Below, in pieces: positions 49,689-59,797 of a DNA stretch of 64,000 bases. The position numbers and the translations under genes are program-made. Where the stretch lies: contig CBDDFZ010000001.1 of NCBI GenBank assembly GCA_965227515.1, positions 1,056,001 to 1,120,000 on the forward strand, in the 5' to 3' direction. The DNA is from Alphaproteobacteria bacterium (GTDB lineage: Bacteria; Pseudomonadota; Alphaproteobacteria; CALKHQ01). Below the pieces are notes generated by a model. The model did not search any database, had not been told where the DNA came from, and worked only from the letters and a program-made list of their open reading frames with translations. Positions within the stretch are counted from its first letter, which is position 1. Every line of letters starts with the position of its first letter.

Positions 49689-50195
49689 ATGATCCGTAAT
49701 GCAAAGGCAATGATTGCCGCCCTGACTGCTACCACCGCCCTGGCTGCCGCTCTGGCGACCGGCGCATCCGCCGCCGAGACCGATGCCAGCGACCTGTTCG
49801 AGGGCTGCACCACCCAACACTGGGAAGCCTATGGCGATGCCGTCGAGAACATGGATGGCGACGCGCTGATGATCCTGGTGCGCGAGATCGAGACCTGCGA
49901 GCCGCTGCGCAACACCGCGCGTGTGCTGTTGTGCGAGATCGATCCGGTGGCATGCCTGCCGCTGGTCGAGCCGGCCGCTGGCGATCCTCAGGAGCGCCCG
50001 GCGTTCTTCGGTGTTCCCGAGGGCCCGTACGCCATCGTCGACCCCTATGGTCCGCAGGGGCCGAATGACGGCGGCAACACCAACCCGACCAACCATGGCG
50101 ATGTCGGCCCGCCGTCCAGCAGCGGCAACGACCGCCCCGGCATCGATACCGGCGGCGACACCTTCCAGCAGGGATCGTTCACGATCCAGCAGTAA
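49689..50195 (+). CDS. secreted hypothetical protein (4 Cys, Pro/Gly-rich tail)
   Basis: GGGAG RBS, signal peptide, followed by a terminator. Confidence 0.75.
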   Translation: MIRNAKAMIAALTATTALAAALATGASAAETDASDLFEGCTTQHWEAYGDAVENMDGDALMILVREIETCEPLRNTARVLLCEIDPVACLPLVEPAAGDPQERPAFFGVPEGPYAIVDPYGPQGPNDGGNTNPTNHGDVGPPSSSGNDRPGIDTGGDTFQQGSFTIQQ

Positions 50196-50247
50196 CCCAA
50201 TTCATCCGCGCGTTGAGTATCAGTGGCGTGCTCTAGCGGATGGGAGC

Positions 50248-50286
50248 GGCCGCCGGTCAGGATCGACCGGCGGCCATCTCTTTTTT
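50248..50286 (+). terminator. rho-independent terminator
   Basis: GGCCGCCGGTC-loop-GACCGGCGGCC followed by ATCTCTTTTTT. Confidence 0.75.
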
Positions 50287-50317
50287 GGTCACGTCGGCGT
50301 CAGCCCGCTGGAACACA

Positions 50318-50878
50318 TCACCGATGGCCGGCGGCCAGTGCGACATAGTGGTCGGCGTTCCAGGCCAGATAGCCGGCTTCCTCGTCGCTGAGGCTGCGCT
50401 TCATGCGCGCCGGGTTGCCGACCCAGAGCTCGCGCGACTGCATCACCTTGCCGGGCGCCAGCACACTGCCGGCGGCCAGCATCGACTGCGGCTTCATTTC
50501 CGCCCCGTCCAGCACGATCGCGCCAATGCCGACCAGCGCACTGTCGCCGACCGTGCAGCCATGCAGCTTGGCGGCGTGCCCAACCGTGACGTTGGCGCCG
50601 ATGATGGTCGGCAGTTCGCGGCGGTCGTCGTTGAACACGTGAATGATGGTGCCATCCTGCACGTTCGACCGCGCGCCGACCACGATGCGGCTGTCGTCGC
50701 CGCGCAGCACGCAGGCGTACCAGATGTTCGCCTCCGGCCCGATGGTCACGTCGCCCACCACAACCGCGCCCGGCGCCACATAGGCGGTCGGGTCGATCCG
50801 CGGCCACTGGCCGGCGAACGGGCGGATGATCGCGCCTGGGTGGGCGGCCAGCAGCCGTTCCGGATCGATGTCTGTCAT
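50318..50878 (-). CDS. gamma-carbonic anhydrase family (YrdA-like)
   Basis: LRGD, NVQDGTIIH, VTVGHAAKLHGC hexapeptide repeats. Confidence 0.93.
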   Translation of the reverse strand: MTDIDPERLLAAHPGAIIRPFAGQWPRIDPTAYVAPGAVVVGDVTIGPEANIWYACVLRGDDSRIVVGARSNVQDGTIIHVFNDDRRELPTIIGANVTVGHAAKLHGCTVGDSALVGIGAIVLDGAEMKPQSMLAAGSVLAPGKVMQSRELWVGNPARMKRSLSDEEAGYLAWNADHYVALAAGHR

Positions 50879-50909
50879 GGTGTTTGGGTCCCGTGTTGCG
50901 ATGCCAATC

Positions 50910-51848
50910 CTACAATCCAGTACGCGCCTTGTGGGCGATCAGGTCCATCAGCCGCTCGTCGCGCCACGCTTGGCGCTCGTCCAGCTTGTCGGCCGGCAGC
51001 AGCTCGCGGCGCTGACCCTCCACCAGGTCCAGCAGTTCGTCGCCCAGATCGGGCGTTGGGCCCATGCTCTCCAGATAGGATTCCATCACCCCGCGATAGC
51101 GGGTCAGGTAGTCGCGGATGCCGCCGGGCGCATTGAGGTCGATGGTCTCCATCGGGCCCATGAACGCCCAGCGCAGGCCGATGCCGTCGCGCAGCCCGAT
51201 GTCCACGTCTTCCACCGTCGCATAGCCGTCGCGGACCAGCCGCAGCGCCTCCAGGATCAGGGCGGCCTGCATGCGGTTCATGATGAAGCCGGCCACTTCC
51301 TTGCGCATCACGATCGGCGCATGGCCGGCGTCGCGCATCAGGGCGGCGGTGCGGTCGACGCTGGCCTGGTCGGTCCATGGCGAGGGCACCACTTCGACGG
51401 CCGGCACCAGATAGGGCGGGTTGATCGGGTGGGCGACGAGGCAACGATGGGTGCCGGGCAGCCCCTCGGTGAACGCCGATGGCAGGATGGCGGAGGTGGA
51501 GCTGGCGATCACGGTGCCCGGGCCGGCGGCGGCGTCCAGCTCGGCGAACACCTGGCGCTTGGTCTCGACGTTTTCGAACACGCATTCCTGCACGTGGGCC
51601 GCACCGTCCAGGGTGTGGGCCAGATCGTCGGTCGCGGCGATGCGGGCGCCGACCTCGGCCGGGGTCTGGCCGCGAAGCAGATCGCGCTCGGCCAGCATGT
51701 CGAGCAGCTCCAGCGCCGTGCCGCGCGATTTTTCCGCCGCGCCGGCCGCGGAATCGTAGAGCCGCACCTGCGCGCCCGCCCGTGCGAAGCTGATCGACCA
51801 CGCACGGCCCACCAGGCCCGCCCCGATCACCGCGATATTCCCGTTCAT
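50910..51848 (-). CDS. 3-hydroxyacyl-CoA dehydrogenase family (L-gulonate 3-dehydrogenase-like)
   Basis: GAGLVG, ASSTS, AHPINPP, GFIMNR, LRWAFMGP. Confidence 0.9.
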   Translation of the reverse strand: MNGNIAVIGAGLVGRAWSISFARAGAQVRLYDSAAGAAEKSRGTALELLDMLAERDLLRGQTPAEVGARIAATDDLAHTLDGAAHVQECVFENVETKRQVFAELDAAAGPGTVIASSTSAILPSAFTEGLPGTHRCLVAHPINPPYLVPAVEVVPSPWTDQASVDRTAALMRDAGHAPIVMRKEVAGFIMNRMQAALILEALRLVRDGYATVEDVDIGLRDGIGLRWAFMGPMETIDLNAPGGIRDYLTRYRGVMESYLESMGPTPDLGDELLDLVEGQRRELLPADKLDERQAWRDERLMDLIAHKARTGL

Positions 51849-51988
51849 ACCTGTCCTCCCCTCTCGCCGTTCCGGCCCGTTCTTCAAATCGGCGGCACAA
51901 TGCGCGGGATTTGCAGCCCTGTCACTGGCAAGAGGCAAGTTCCACCGGTATTTTGCGCGCTCGGTTCCACCTGACGGAAAGGCTCCGC

Positions 51989-53209
51989 ATGCCCGGACCT
52001 CTAGACGGATTGCGCGTGTTCGATCTCAGCCGCATCCTGGCCGGCCCCACCTGCACCCAGCTGCTCGGCGACCTGGGCGCCGACGTGGTGAAGGTGGAGC
52101 GCCCCAATGCCGGCGACGACACCCGCGCCTGGGGCCCGCCCTACCTGCAGGACGCCGACGGCGCCGACACCACCGAGAGCGCCTATTACCTGGCCGCCAA
52201 CCGCAACAAGCGCTCGATCGCCATCGACCTGGGGGCGGAGGCGGGACAGGCGCTGATCCGCCGGATGCTGGCCGAGGCCGACATCATGATCGAGAACTTC
52301 AAGGTCGGCGGGCTCAGGCGCTACGGCCTTGCCTACGATCAGGTCGCGGCCGACTTCCCGCGCCTGATCTATTGCTCGATCACCGGTTTCGGGCAGTTCG
52401 GCCCCTATGCGGAACGCGCCGGCTACGACATCATCGCCCAGGCGATGGGCGGCATCATGAGCATCACCGGCCAGCCGGACGGGCCGCCGACCAAGGTCGG
52501 TGTCGGCATTGCCGACGTGATGACGGGGATGTATGCCTGCAACGCCATCCTGGCCGCCCTGCACCACCGGGAGAAGACCGGCGAGGGCCAGCATATCGAC
52601 ATCTCGCTGCTCGACTGCCAGATGGCCTGGCTGATCAACGAGGGCACCAACTACCTGGTCTCCGGCAATACGCCGCAGCGGCGCGGCAACGAGCACCCGA
52701 ACATCGTGCCCTACACCGTGTTCCAGACCACCGACGGTTACGTCATCCTGGCCGTCGGCAACGACCGGCAGTTCCAGGACTGGTGCGCGTTCGCCGGCGC
52801 GACCGAGCTTGCCGCCGACCCGCGCTTCGCCACCAACGCGAACCGGGTGCGCCACCGTGTCGAGCTCTACGAGCTGATGCCGCCCTATATGCGCCAGCGC
52901 AGCAATGCGGAGTGGATCGACGGGCTGAGCGCGCGCGGCGTGCCCTGCAGCCCGGTCAACGACATCTCCCAGGCCCTGACCGATCCCCATGCCGCCGCCC
53001 GCGAGATGGTGATCGAGATGCCGCACCCGCTGGCGGGCGACGGCAAGGCGCCGATGCTGGGCAATCCGATCAAGTACTCCGCGACGCCGGTGAGCTATCG
53101 CAACCCGCCGCCGGTGCTGGGCCAGCACCAGGCCGAGGTGCTGCGCGACTGGCTGGACGCCGACGATGGCGCCATCGCCGGATGGCAGGCGGACGGCGCG
53201 TTCGGATAG
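51989..53209 (+). CDS. CaiB/BaiF class III CoA transferase
   Basis: DLSRILAGP, ANRNKRS, ENFK, GYD. Confidence 0.95.
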   Translation: MPGPLDGLRVFDLSRILAGPTCTQLLGDLGADVVKVERPNAGDDTRAWGPPYLQDADGADTTESAYYLAANRNKRSIAIDLGAEAGQALIRRMLAEADIMIENFKVGGLRRYGLAYDQVAADFPRLIYCSITGFGQFGPYAERAGYDIIAQAMGGIMSITGQPDGPPTKVGVGIADVMTGMYACNAILAALHHREKTGEGQHIDISLLDCQMAWLINEGTNYLVSGNTPQRRGNEHPNIVPYTVFQTTDGYVILAVGNDRQFQDWCAFAGATELAADPRFATNANRVRHRVELYELMPPYMRQRSNAEWIDGLSARGVPCSPVNDISQALTDPHAAAREMVIEMPHPLAGDGKAPMLGNPIKYSATPVSYRNPPPVLGQHQAEVLRDWLDADDGAIAGWQADGAFG

Positions 53210-53517
53210 ATCGCGGGGCGGCATTCGCGCCGCATGAAATTGCTGTTGCGCCGGCATCCGGTCCTTCACATCCGGGACCGAACCGTGCGATATCACGTGA
53301 TGATGGCCAACCGGGGGCTGCGGCCGGCGACATGGCCGGCACGTCGGAAAGTGCGGTCCGGCCGGCCGGCGCAATCCCCAACATGGCGTAGCCTCCCCGA
53401 GGATCGGGCGGGGCGCGCGGCCCAGATGCACGATGCACGACGCACGATGTATCGGGCCGGCGCCAGGGTAGGGCTGAACGACGACCACACGGCATACGTG
53501 AGGGAGGATGCTGAGGG

Positions 53518-54147
53518 ATGTCAATTTTCGGGAAGGGAGAGCGTAGCGATGGCCAACCGGAGCGTAGCATGACCAGCGCGGCATCGGGGGGTGCGTCCAG
53601 CGCTGCCAGCGCCGCGAGCGGATCGGCCGCGGCCGCCACCGCGACGCCCAATCTGTCGGCGGTCCACAACACCGCGCCGGCTGCGTCCGGGGCGTCGGAT
53701 ATGTCGGTGGTCAGCCGTGGGCTGACGATCACCGGCGACGTCCAGGGCGACGACGATGTTCGTATCGACGGCACCGTCAAGGGCGATATCACCAGCCGCA
53801 CCCTGATCGTCAGCGAGGGCGCCACCGTCACCGGTTCGATCGATGCGGACACCATCGAGGTCCATGGCACGGTGGAAGGCGAGATCGTCGGCAAGACGGT
53901 GAAGATTTCCGGCAGCGGCAAGCTGGACGGCGATATTTCCTACACGACGCTGTCGATCAACGACGGCGCCGTCGTCAACGGGCAGCTGCGCCATTCGTCG
54001 TCCGCCAAGTCCGGCGGCGCCAAGTCCACATCGTCCGCATCCGCCGCGTCGTCGTCCGGCAAGCCGTCGGGCAAGGATAGCGCTTCATCCAATGAAAAGG
54101 GTGGCGACGACAAGGGCGGTGACGACAAGGGTGGCAGCGGGTCCTGA
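53518..54147 (+). CDS. bactofilin (polymer-forming cytoskeletal protein)
   Basis: SVVSRGLTITGDV...IDGTVKGDI...GAVVNG flanked by disordered Ser/Ala/Gly tails. Confidence 0.9.
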   Translation: MSIFGKGERSDGQPERSMTSAASGGASSAASAASGSAAAATATPNLSAVHNTAPAASGASDMSVVSRGLTITGDVQGDDDVRIDGTVKGDITSRTLIVSEGATVTGSIDADTIEVHGTVEGEIVGKTVKISGSGKLDGDISYTTLSINDGAVVNGQLRHSSSAKSGGAKSTSSASAASSSGKPSGKDSASSNEKGGDDKGGDDKGGSGS

Positions 54148-54199
54148 CCCTGACGTCCCCGTGTGACGATCCGGAACTGGGCACGGGCCGGAGCCTGCG

Positions 54200-55057
54200 A
54201 TGGCGCTGAAATTTCGCCGCGGCGACCAGAGGCCGCCGCCGAGAGCGGGCAGTGGCGGGGCGGACAGTGGCCCGGCCGAAACGCCTGACCGGGGCGCGCC
54301 CGGCCTCAAGCTGCCGCAACGCACGGTGCTGGGGCCGCACCTCTCCATCAACGGCTCGCTGCGGGGCGACGACGACATCGTCATTCGCGGCCGCCTGGTC
54401 GGTAACGTGCGCGGACGGCGGGTGGAAGTGGCCACCGGCGCCGCTGTCGAGGGCGACATCACGGCCGAGGAGGTGCGCGTCGGCGGGGCGGTGAAGGGCA
54501 ATGTCGAGGCCGCCCGGATCGAGGTCGCGCGCGGCGGCGGCATCGAAGGGCGGCTGGAGAACGACGGCTCCTGCCTGATCGAGGGCGAGATCGAGGGCGA
54601 CATCAACTCGCGCGACGTGTTCATCGCCGTCGGTGCCGAGGTCGATGCCGTCATCACCGCCGACAAGGTGCGCTCCGCCGGGGCCATCGACGGGGTGATC
54701 GAGTCCACCGACCTGAAAATCGACGAGACCGGCCGGCTGCGCGGCGATATCGACAGCGACGGCCGGGTCGAGATTGCCGGCAAGGTGGAGGGCAAGATCC
54801 GCGCCCGCACTGTCGTCATCGCGGAGGGCGCGCACGTCGCCACCGTGATGAAGACCGGCGAGGCGGACGTGGCCGGCACCCTGACCGGCGAGGTGGTCTC
54901 GGCATCCGTCACCATCGCCGCCACCGCCTATGTCGATGCCACCATCGTCCACCATCAGATGAAGGTGGAGGACGGCGCGGTGGTGAAGGGCTCGCGCCCG
55001 TGGCGGCCGAAGAAGTACCTGCTGGACCGCGAGGAAGGCGAAACCGCGGCGGATTAG
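54200..55057 (+). CDS. extended bactofilin with triplicated 65-aa core
   Basis: Three colinear 65-aa beta-helix units starting GSLRG, GRLEN and GDIDS. Confidence 0.85.
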   Translation: MALKFRRGDQRPPPRAGSGGADSGPAETPDRGAPGLKLPQRTVLGPHLSINGSLRGDDDIVIRGRLVGNVRGRRVEVATGAAVEGDITAEEVRVGGAVKGNVEAARIEVARGGGIEGRLENDGSCLIEGEIEGDINSRDVFIAVGAEVDAVITADKVRSAGAIDGVIESTDLKIDETGRLRGDIDSDGRVEIAGKVEGKIRARTVVIAEGAHVATVMKTGEADVAGTLTGEVVSASVTIAATAYVDATIVHHQMKVEDGAVVKGSRPWRPKKYLLDREEGETAAD

Positions 55058-55213
55058 ATCGGGATCAGCTTACGCTGAAGTCTGCGCCAGCCCTCTCCCC
55101 CGCCCGACCGCCCACGAAAGTATCCTGCTGGGTGGCCGGGTGCCAAAAGGGAGCGCGGACGCGCGACCGCATGAAGATGGGAGAGGGCCGGTGCCGACTT
55201 AGATGATCATGTT

Positions 55214-56551
55214 CTACTTCCTGACCAGCCGCGCGATGAAGAACCCGTCCATGCCGCCGCGGTCGGCCCACATGGCGGGCAGGGTCTGCACGTCGCCATC
55301 GTGCGTGATGGCATCGGCAAGGCCGGGCAGTTCGTCGGCTGAGATGGGCCGCCTGGCGATGGCATCGTTGTCTGCCAGCGCCGCCGCGACGATATCCGGG
55401 CCTTCGTCGGCCTCCAGCGAGCAGACCGCATAGACCAGTGTCCCGCCGGGGATCAGCAACGACAGCGCGTGGGCCAGCAGGCGCGCCTGCACCTTCGCTT
55501 GGCGGGCGATGTCCTCCGGGCGGCGGGTCCAGGCGAGGTCCGGGTGGCGGCGGATGGTGCCGGTCGCCGAGCACGGCGCATCGAGCAGGATGCAGTCGGC
55601 GGGCTGCGGCGGCTGGTAGCTGGCGGCGTCGGCCTGGGCGATCTCCGCCTTCAACTGCAGGCGCGCGAGGTTCTGGCGCACGAGGTCGAGGCGGTCGCGA
55701 TCGCGGTCGAGCGCGGTGACGGCGGCCCCCATGGCGGCCAGTTGCGCGGTCTTGCCGCCAGGTGCGGCGCAGAGGTCGAGCACCCGGGCGCCCGCCGCCG
55801 GTGCCAGCAGGCGCACCGGCAGGGCCGCCGCGGTGTCCTGCACCCACCACGCGCCCCCCGTGAAGCCGGGCAGCGCGTCCACCGGGCCGGCATTGGCGAG
55901 CCGGAGCGTACCGGTCGGCAGCAATTCCGCGCCCAGTTCGCGCGCCCAATGATCGGCGGTGGCCGGATCGCGCAGGCTCAGGTCCAGCGGCGGCACCTGC
56001 GCATGTGCCTCAGCCATCCGCGCAGCGGCGGCCTCGCCGAACCGGGCGGTCCAACGCCGCCACAGCCAGTCCGGCGTGTTGCGCTGTACGGGCGGTATCT
56101 TGGCCGGTGGTTCTTCTCCGGCCTCCCCCTCGCGCACGATCCGGCGTAGCACGGCATTGACCAGGCCAGTGAATCCGCCGAGCTTGGCGGCGCGGGTCAG
56201 CGCCACCGCCTGGTCGATGGCGGCGTGCGGCGCGGTGTCCAGATAGCGCAGCTCACACACGCCGAGCCGCATCGCGTGGCGCGCGGCGACGGCCGACTTG
56301 GCGAGCTTTTTCGACAGGCAGGCGTCGATGGCGGCGTCGATGTCCCCCAACCGGCGCAGCGTGGTGGCAACCAGCGCGCGGGCGAACCGCCGGTCGGTCG
56401 GGTGCGGCAGGTCTGGCGCCTCGGCAAGCGCCCGGTCCAGGGTGACGCCCGTGTCCAGCACCTTGGCCAGCACCGCCATGGCCTGCCGGCGCGCGGGCGT
56501 GGGGCGCGTCGGATGCCCTCCACCGCTGCCCTTGCGGCCGTCGGCGCTCAA
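55214..56551 (-). CDS. rsmB: 16S rRNA m5C967 methyltransferase RsmB/Sun
   Basis: NusB-like N-terminus (LVNAVLR), WVQD, DLCAAPGGKT, LDAPCSATGTIRRHPD, DGFFIARL; TTG start inferred. Confidence 0.9.
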   Translation of the reverse strand: MSADGRKGSGGGHPTRPTPARRQAMAVLAKVLDTGVTLDRALAEAPDLPHPTDRRFARALVATTLRRLGDIDAAIDACLSKKLAKSAVAARHAMRLGVCELRYLDTAPHAAIDQAVALTRAAKLGGFTGLVNAVLRRIVREGEAGEEPPAKIPPVQRNTPDWLWRRWTARFGEAAAARMAEAHAQVPPLDLSLRDPATADHWARELGAELLPTGTLRLANAGPVDALPGFTGGAWWVQDTAAALPVRLLAPAAGARVLDLCAAPGGKTAQLAAMGAAVTALDRDRDRLDLVRQNLARLQLKAEIAQADAASYQPPQPADCILLDAPCSATGTIRRHPDLAWTRRPEDIARQAKVQARLLAHALSLLIPGGTLVYAVCSLEADEGPDIVAAALADNDAIARRPISADELPGLADAITHDGDVQTLPAMWADRGGMDGFFIARLVRK

Positions 56552-57441
56552 AACTGTTCTGTGGTGAAGGTCCAGATCGCCGTATTGGCGTCGATCTCGC
56601 GGCTGTGGCGTCCGGCGATCAGGCCATAGAGCGCCGACTGCGCGCCCGGCCAGGTATGGCCGCCGCCATTGACCACGATATGGACCAGCGGCTGTGAGCA
56701 GCCGAGGTAGCGGATGATGTCGACCGTGGTGCCGTCCAGCGGGCGGTTGGCCAGGTGAGCGGCAATCTCGGCGCCGGTGCAGATGTTGCGCACGGCCCAG
56801 TTGTTCATCGTCCAGTCGACCGAATAGGCGGTGCCGCGATCCCGGTCGCCGATATCGGCAATTGGGCCGCCATAGTAGGGCACCAGCTCGTCCTCGGTGC
56901 CGTGGATGAACATCATCGCCACCGGCTGGCCGCCCGGGCATTCGATGCCGAGCGGCACGTTGGCCGCGACCACGGTGTAGGCGGCGAACAGGGCCGGTGC
57001 CTCGCACGCCACCCTCAGCGCCATCATGCCGCCATTGGAGATGCCGGCGACCGCGGTGCGCGTCCGGTCGATGGTGCCGGCGGTGGCCAGGGTGTCGACG
57101 AGCGCCAGCAGGAAACCGACGTCGTCGGACGAGCCGGACGGATGGTTCGCGAGCATCTCTGACGTGCGGCCGTCGTTCCAGTGGTTGGCGGTCCCTTCCG
57201 GGTAGACGACGACAAAGCCCAGCTCGTCGGCGGCGTCGTTCAGTTCGGTGTAGCGGCGCATCACGTCGGCATCGCCGGCACCGCCATGCAGCGCGAACAG
57301 CGCCGGGGCCGGCAGGGTGAGCTGGCTCGGCACGTGGATTTCGTAGGTGCGGGCACGCCCGTTGACGAGCAGGCTCTCGGCTGCCGCGGGTGCTGCGACG
57401 GCAAAGGCCATGGCGAGGGCGATGATAAGGCGGGCGATCAT
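56548..57441 (-). CDS. exported LpqC/PHB-depolymerase-like esterase
   Basis: LHGG, GISNGG nucleophile motif, HGTED, GGGHTWPG. Confidence 0.9.
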   Translation of the reverse strand: MIARLIIALAMAFAVAAPAAAESLLVNGRARTYEIHVPSQLTLPAPALFALHGGAGDADVMRRYTELNDAADELGFVVVYPEGTANHWNDGRTSEMLANHPSGSSDDVGFLLALVDTLATAGTIDRTRTAVAGISNGGMMALRVACEAPALFAAYTVVAANVPLGIECPGGQPVAMMFIHGTEDELVPYYGGPIADIGDRDRGTAYSVDWTMNNWAVRNICTGAEIAAHLANRPLDGTTVDIIRYLGCSQPLVHIVVNGGGHTWPGAQSALYGLIAGRHSREIDANTAIWTFTTEQF

Positions 57442-57547
57442 GGCGGCGCACTATAGCCGGCGTTGTCGCCGTGCGACAGTCGACGCTTGACGCCCCGCCG
57501 CCGCATTCGGCAGCCTGACACGAAATCATTCCAACACACGGGAGGGA

Positions 57548-58123
57548 ATGGAGATGGACCCAGCCGAGCTGGCGTTGCTGGCCGACGTGCTGCTGCCGGG
57601 GAGCGCCCGGTATCCGGCGGCAAGCACGGTCGGCGTCCACGGCGTGATGGCGGACCGCCTGCGCAAGCTGGGCGGGACCGCGCTGCTGGAGGCGCTGGCC
57701 GACGCGATGGCTGGCAGCGGCGGGCCGCTCGGCCCGCTCGACCGGTCGGCGCGGCAACAGGTCGTCGCCAGGCTCGAGGCCGACCATCCGGACCTGTTCG
57801 GCCATGTCAGGCTTGCCGCCTACACAGCCTACTACGAGAGCCCGGCGGTGGTCGCGGCGGTGCGCGCGTCCGGCATCGCCTACAACGATGCGCCGCAGCC
57901 GAACGGCTATGCGATGGCGCCGTTCGACCCGGCCAATCCGCAGGATGCGCCCACCCATCGCCGTGGCGGCTATGTCGCCACCGGCGCGGTGCGGCGCGTC
58001 GACTTGTCCACATTGCCCGAGGACCCGCTGGCGCCGGAAATCGTCGACCAGAACCTCGGCGTGGCCACTGGGCGCGGCAACCTGTCGTCCGGTACCCGCA
58101 AGGATGCCGGAGGCCGGCCATGA
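57548..58123 (+). CDS. gluconate 2-dehydrogenase subunit-3-like partner protein
   Basis: LADVLLPG..YPAAS..GV...LEADHPDLF...YTAYYESP; ATGA overlap with the GMC gene. Confidence 0.7.
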   Translation: MEMDPAELALLADVLLPGSARYPAASTVGVHGVMADRLRKLGGTALLEALADAMAGSGGPLGPLDRSARQQVVARLEADHPDLFGHVRLAAYTAYYESPAVVAAVRASGIAYNDAPQPNGYAMAPFDPANPQDAPTHRRGGYVATGAVRRVDLSTLPEDPLAPEIVDQNLGVATGRGNLSSGTRKDAGGRP

Positions 58124-59781
58124 CCGGTACCCGGCCCACCATCCATGACCCGGTCGACGTGGTGGTGGTCGGCGCCGGACCCGGCGGGGCGATCACCTCG
58201 ATGGTTCTGGCTGAGCAGGGCATCAAGGTTGCCTGCCTGGAGCAGGGGCCGTGGTTCCGGCCGCAGGATCGCCCGCACGCGTCGACGGACTGGGAGTGGC
58301 GGCGGCTGACCGACTGGTCGACCGCGCCGAACGTGCGCGCCCGGCCCTACGACTACCCGGTCGATTCCGTCGACGAGAGCACGCTGATGTGGAACGGCGT
58401 CGGCGGCGGCACCGGCATCTACACCGCGACCTGGCCGCGCTATCGCCCGTCGGACTTCCGCAAGGGCGACGAGCATGGGCTGGCCCCGAACTGGCCAATC
58501 GCATACGAGGATCTGGCGCCGTTCTTCGAGAAGGCGGACCAGGCATGCGGCGTCGCCGGCTGGGCCGGCGATCCGGCCATGCCCGAACGCGGGCCGTTCC
58601 AGACCCTGCCGGTGCCGCGCGGCGGCATGGGGCGCATCGCGGCGGCCGGTTTCGACAAGCTTGGGTGGCACTGGTGGCCGATGCCGATGGCGATCCTGTC
58701 CCAGCCGCACGCCGGCCGCCCGGCCTGCAACAACTGCGGCAACTGCCAGAACGGCTGCCCGACCGGGGCGATGGCCGACATGGCGGTCACCCACTGGCCA
58801 CGCGCGTTGGCCGCCGGGGCGGAATTGCGCACCGAATGCCGGGTGGAGCGGGTGGAGACGGATGACCGTGGCCGGGCGACCGGCGTGGTCTATGTGGACC
58901 GCAACACCGGCGTGCGGCACTGGCAGCCGGCCGACGTGGTGGTGCTGGCGGCCAACGGTGTCGGCACCTCGCGGCTGATGCTGCTGTCGGAGGGCGCGCG
59001 GCATCCGAACGGGCTCGCCAACAGCTCCGACCAGGTCGGCCGCAACCTGATGCACCACACCCTCGGCATCGTGGAGTGCTGGGTCGACGACGTGACCGAC
59101 TGTCACCAGGGCATCATCTCCGCCACCGCGATCTGCGAGGAGTTCGCCGAGACCGACACCTCGCGCGGCTTCGTCAACGGCGTCACCCTCCACATCGTGC
59201 GCATGAACGGGGCCGGCTACCAGGCGCTGGGCTCGCACTCGGGCAATGTCGCGCCCTGGGGTGCCGGCCACCATGACTGGTTCGAGCGCCACTTCGCGCG
59301 CGGCATCGGCATCCTGGTGGTCGGCGACGACCTGCCGCGACCGGACAACCGAGTCACCCTGTCGCCCGACGTGGTCGACAGCGACGGGCTGCCGGCGCCG
59401 CACATCGCCTATGGCATGTGCCGCAATGACGCGCGGCTGGCGCAGTTCGGGCTCGACCGGGCGGTGGAGTTCGCCGAGGCGGTCGGCGCCCACGACATCA
59501 AGGTGAACCCGTTCCGCAACGAGGCGGGGCGTTACGCGCCGCCGGCTTGGCACCTGCTGGGCACGGCGCGGATGGGCGACGACCCCACGACCTCGGTGGT
59601 CAACAAGTGGCACCAGGCCTGGGACTGCCCCAACCTCTACGTCATGGACGGCAGCGTGATGGTGACCGGGGCGGCGATCAACCCGACCAGCACGATCACC
59701 GCACTCGCCTACCGCGCGGCCGAGCGGCTGGCGGCGCGTTTCGCCGAGGCGCGCACCGCCGATGGGCCGCTGGAGGATTGA
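58120..59781 (+). CDS. GMC family flavoprotein oxidoreductase
   Basis: VVGAGPGG, GVGGGT, CNNCGNCQNGC, GRNLMHH, HLLGTARMG, NPTSTI. Confidence 0.94.
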   Translation: MTGTRPTIHDPVDVVVVGAGPGGAITSMVLAEQGIKVACLEQGPWFRPQDRPHASTDWEWRRLTDWSTAPNVRARPYDYPVDSVDESTLMWNGVGGGTGIYTATWPRYRPSDFRKGDEHGLAPNWPIAYEDLAPFFEKADQACGVAGWAGDPAMPERGPFQTLPVPRGGMGRIAAAGFDKLGWHWWPMPMAILSQPHAGRPACNNCGNCQNGCPTGAMADMAVTHWPRALAAGAELRTECRVERVETDDRGRATGVVYVDRNTGVRHWQPADVVVLAANGVGTSRLMLLSEGARHPNGLANSSDQVGRNLMHHTLGIVECWVDDVTDCHQGIISATAICEEFAETDTSRGFVNGVTLHIVRMNGAGYQALGSHSGNVAPWGAGHHDWFERHFARGIGILVVGDDLPRPDNRVTLSPDVVDSDGLPAPHIAYGMCRNDARLAQFGLDRAVEFAEAVGAHDIKVNPFRNEAGRYAPPAWHLLGTARMGDDPTTSVVNKWHQAWDCPNLYVMDGSVMVTGAAINPTSTITALAYRAAERLAARFAEARTADGPLED

Positions 59782-59797
59782 GGGAATGTCAAATTTC

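Noticed and set aside
55214-57958. 914-aa ORF suggesting a giant RsmB fusion
   Set aside because: Only 55214-56551 is RsmB; the upstream part is an off-frame read through the esterase gene
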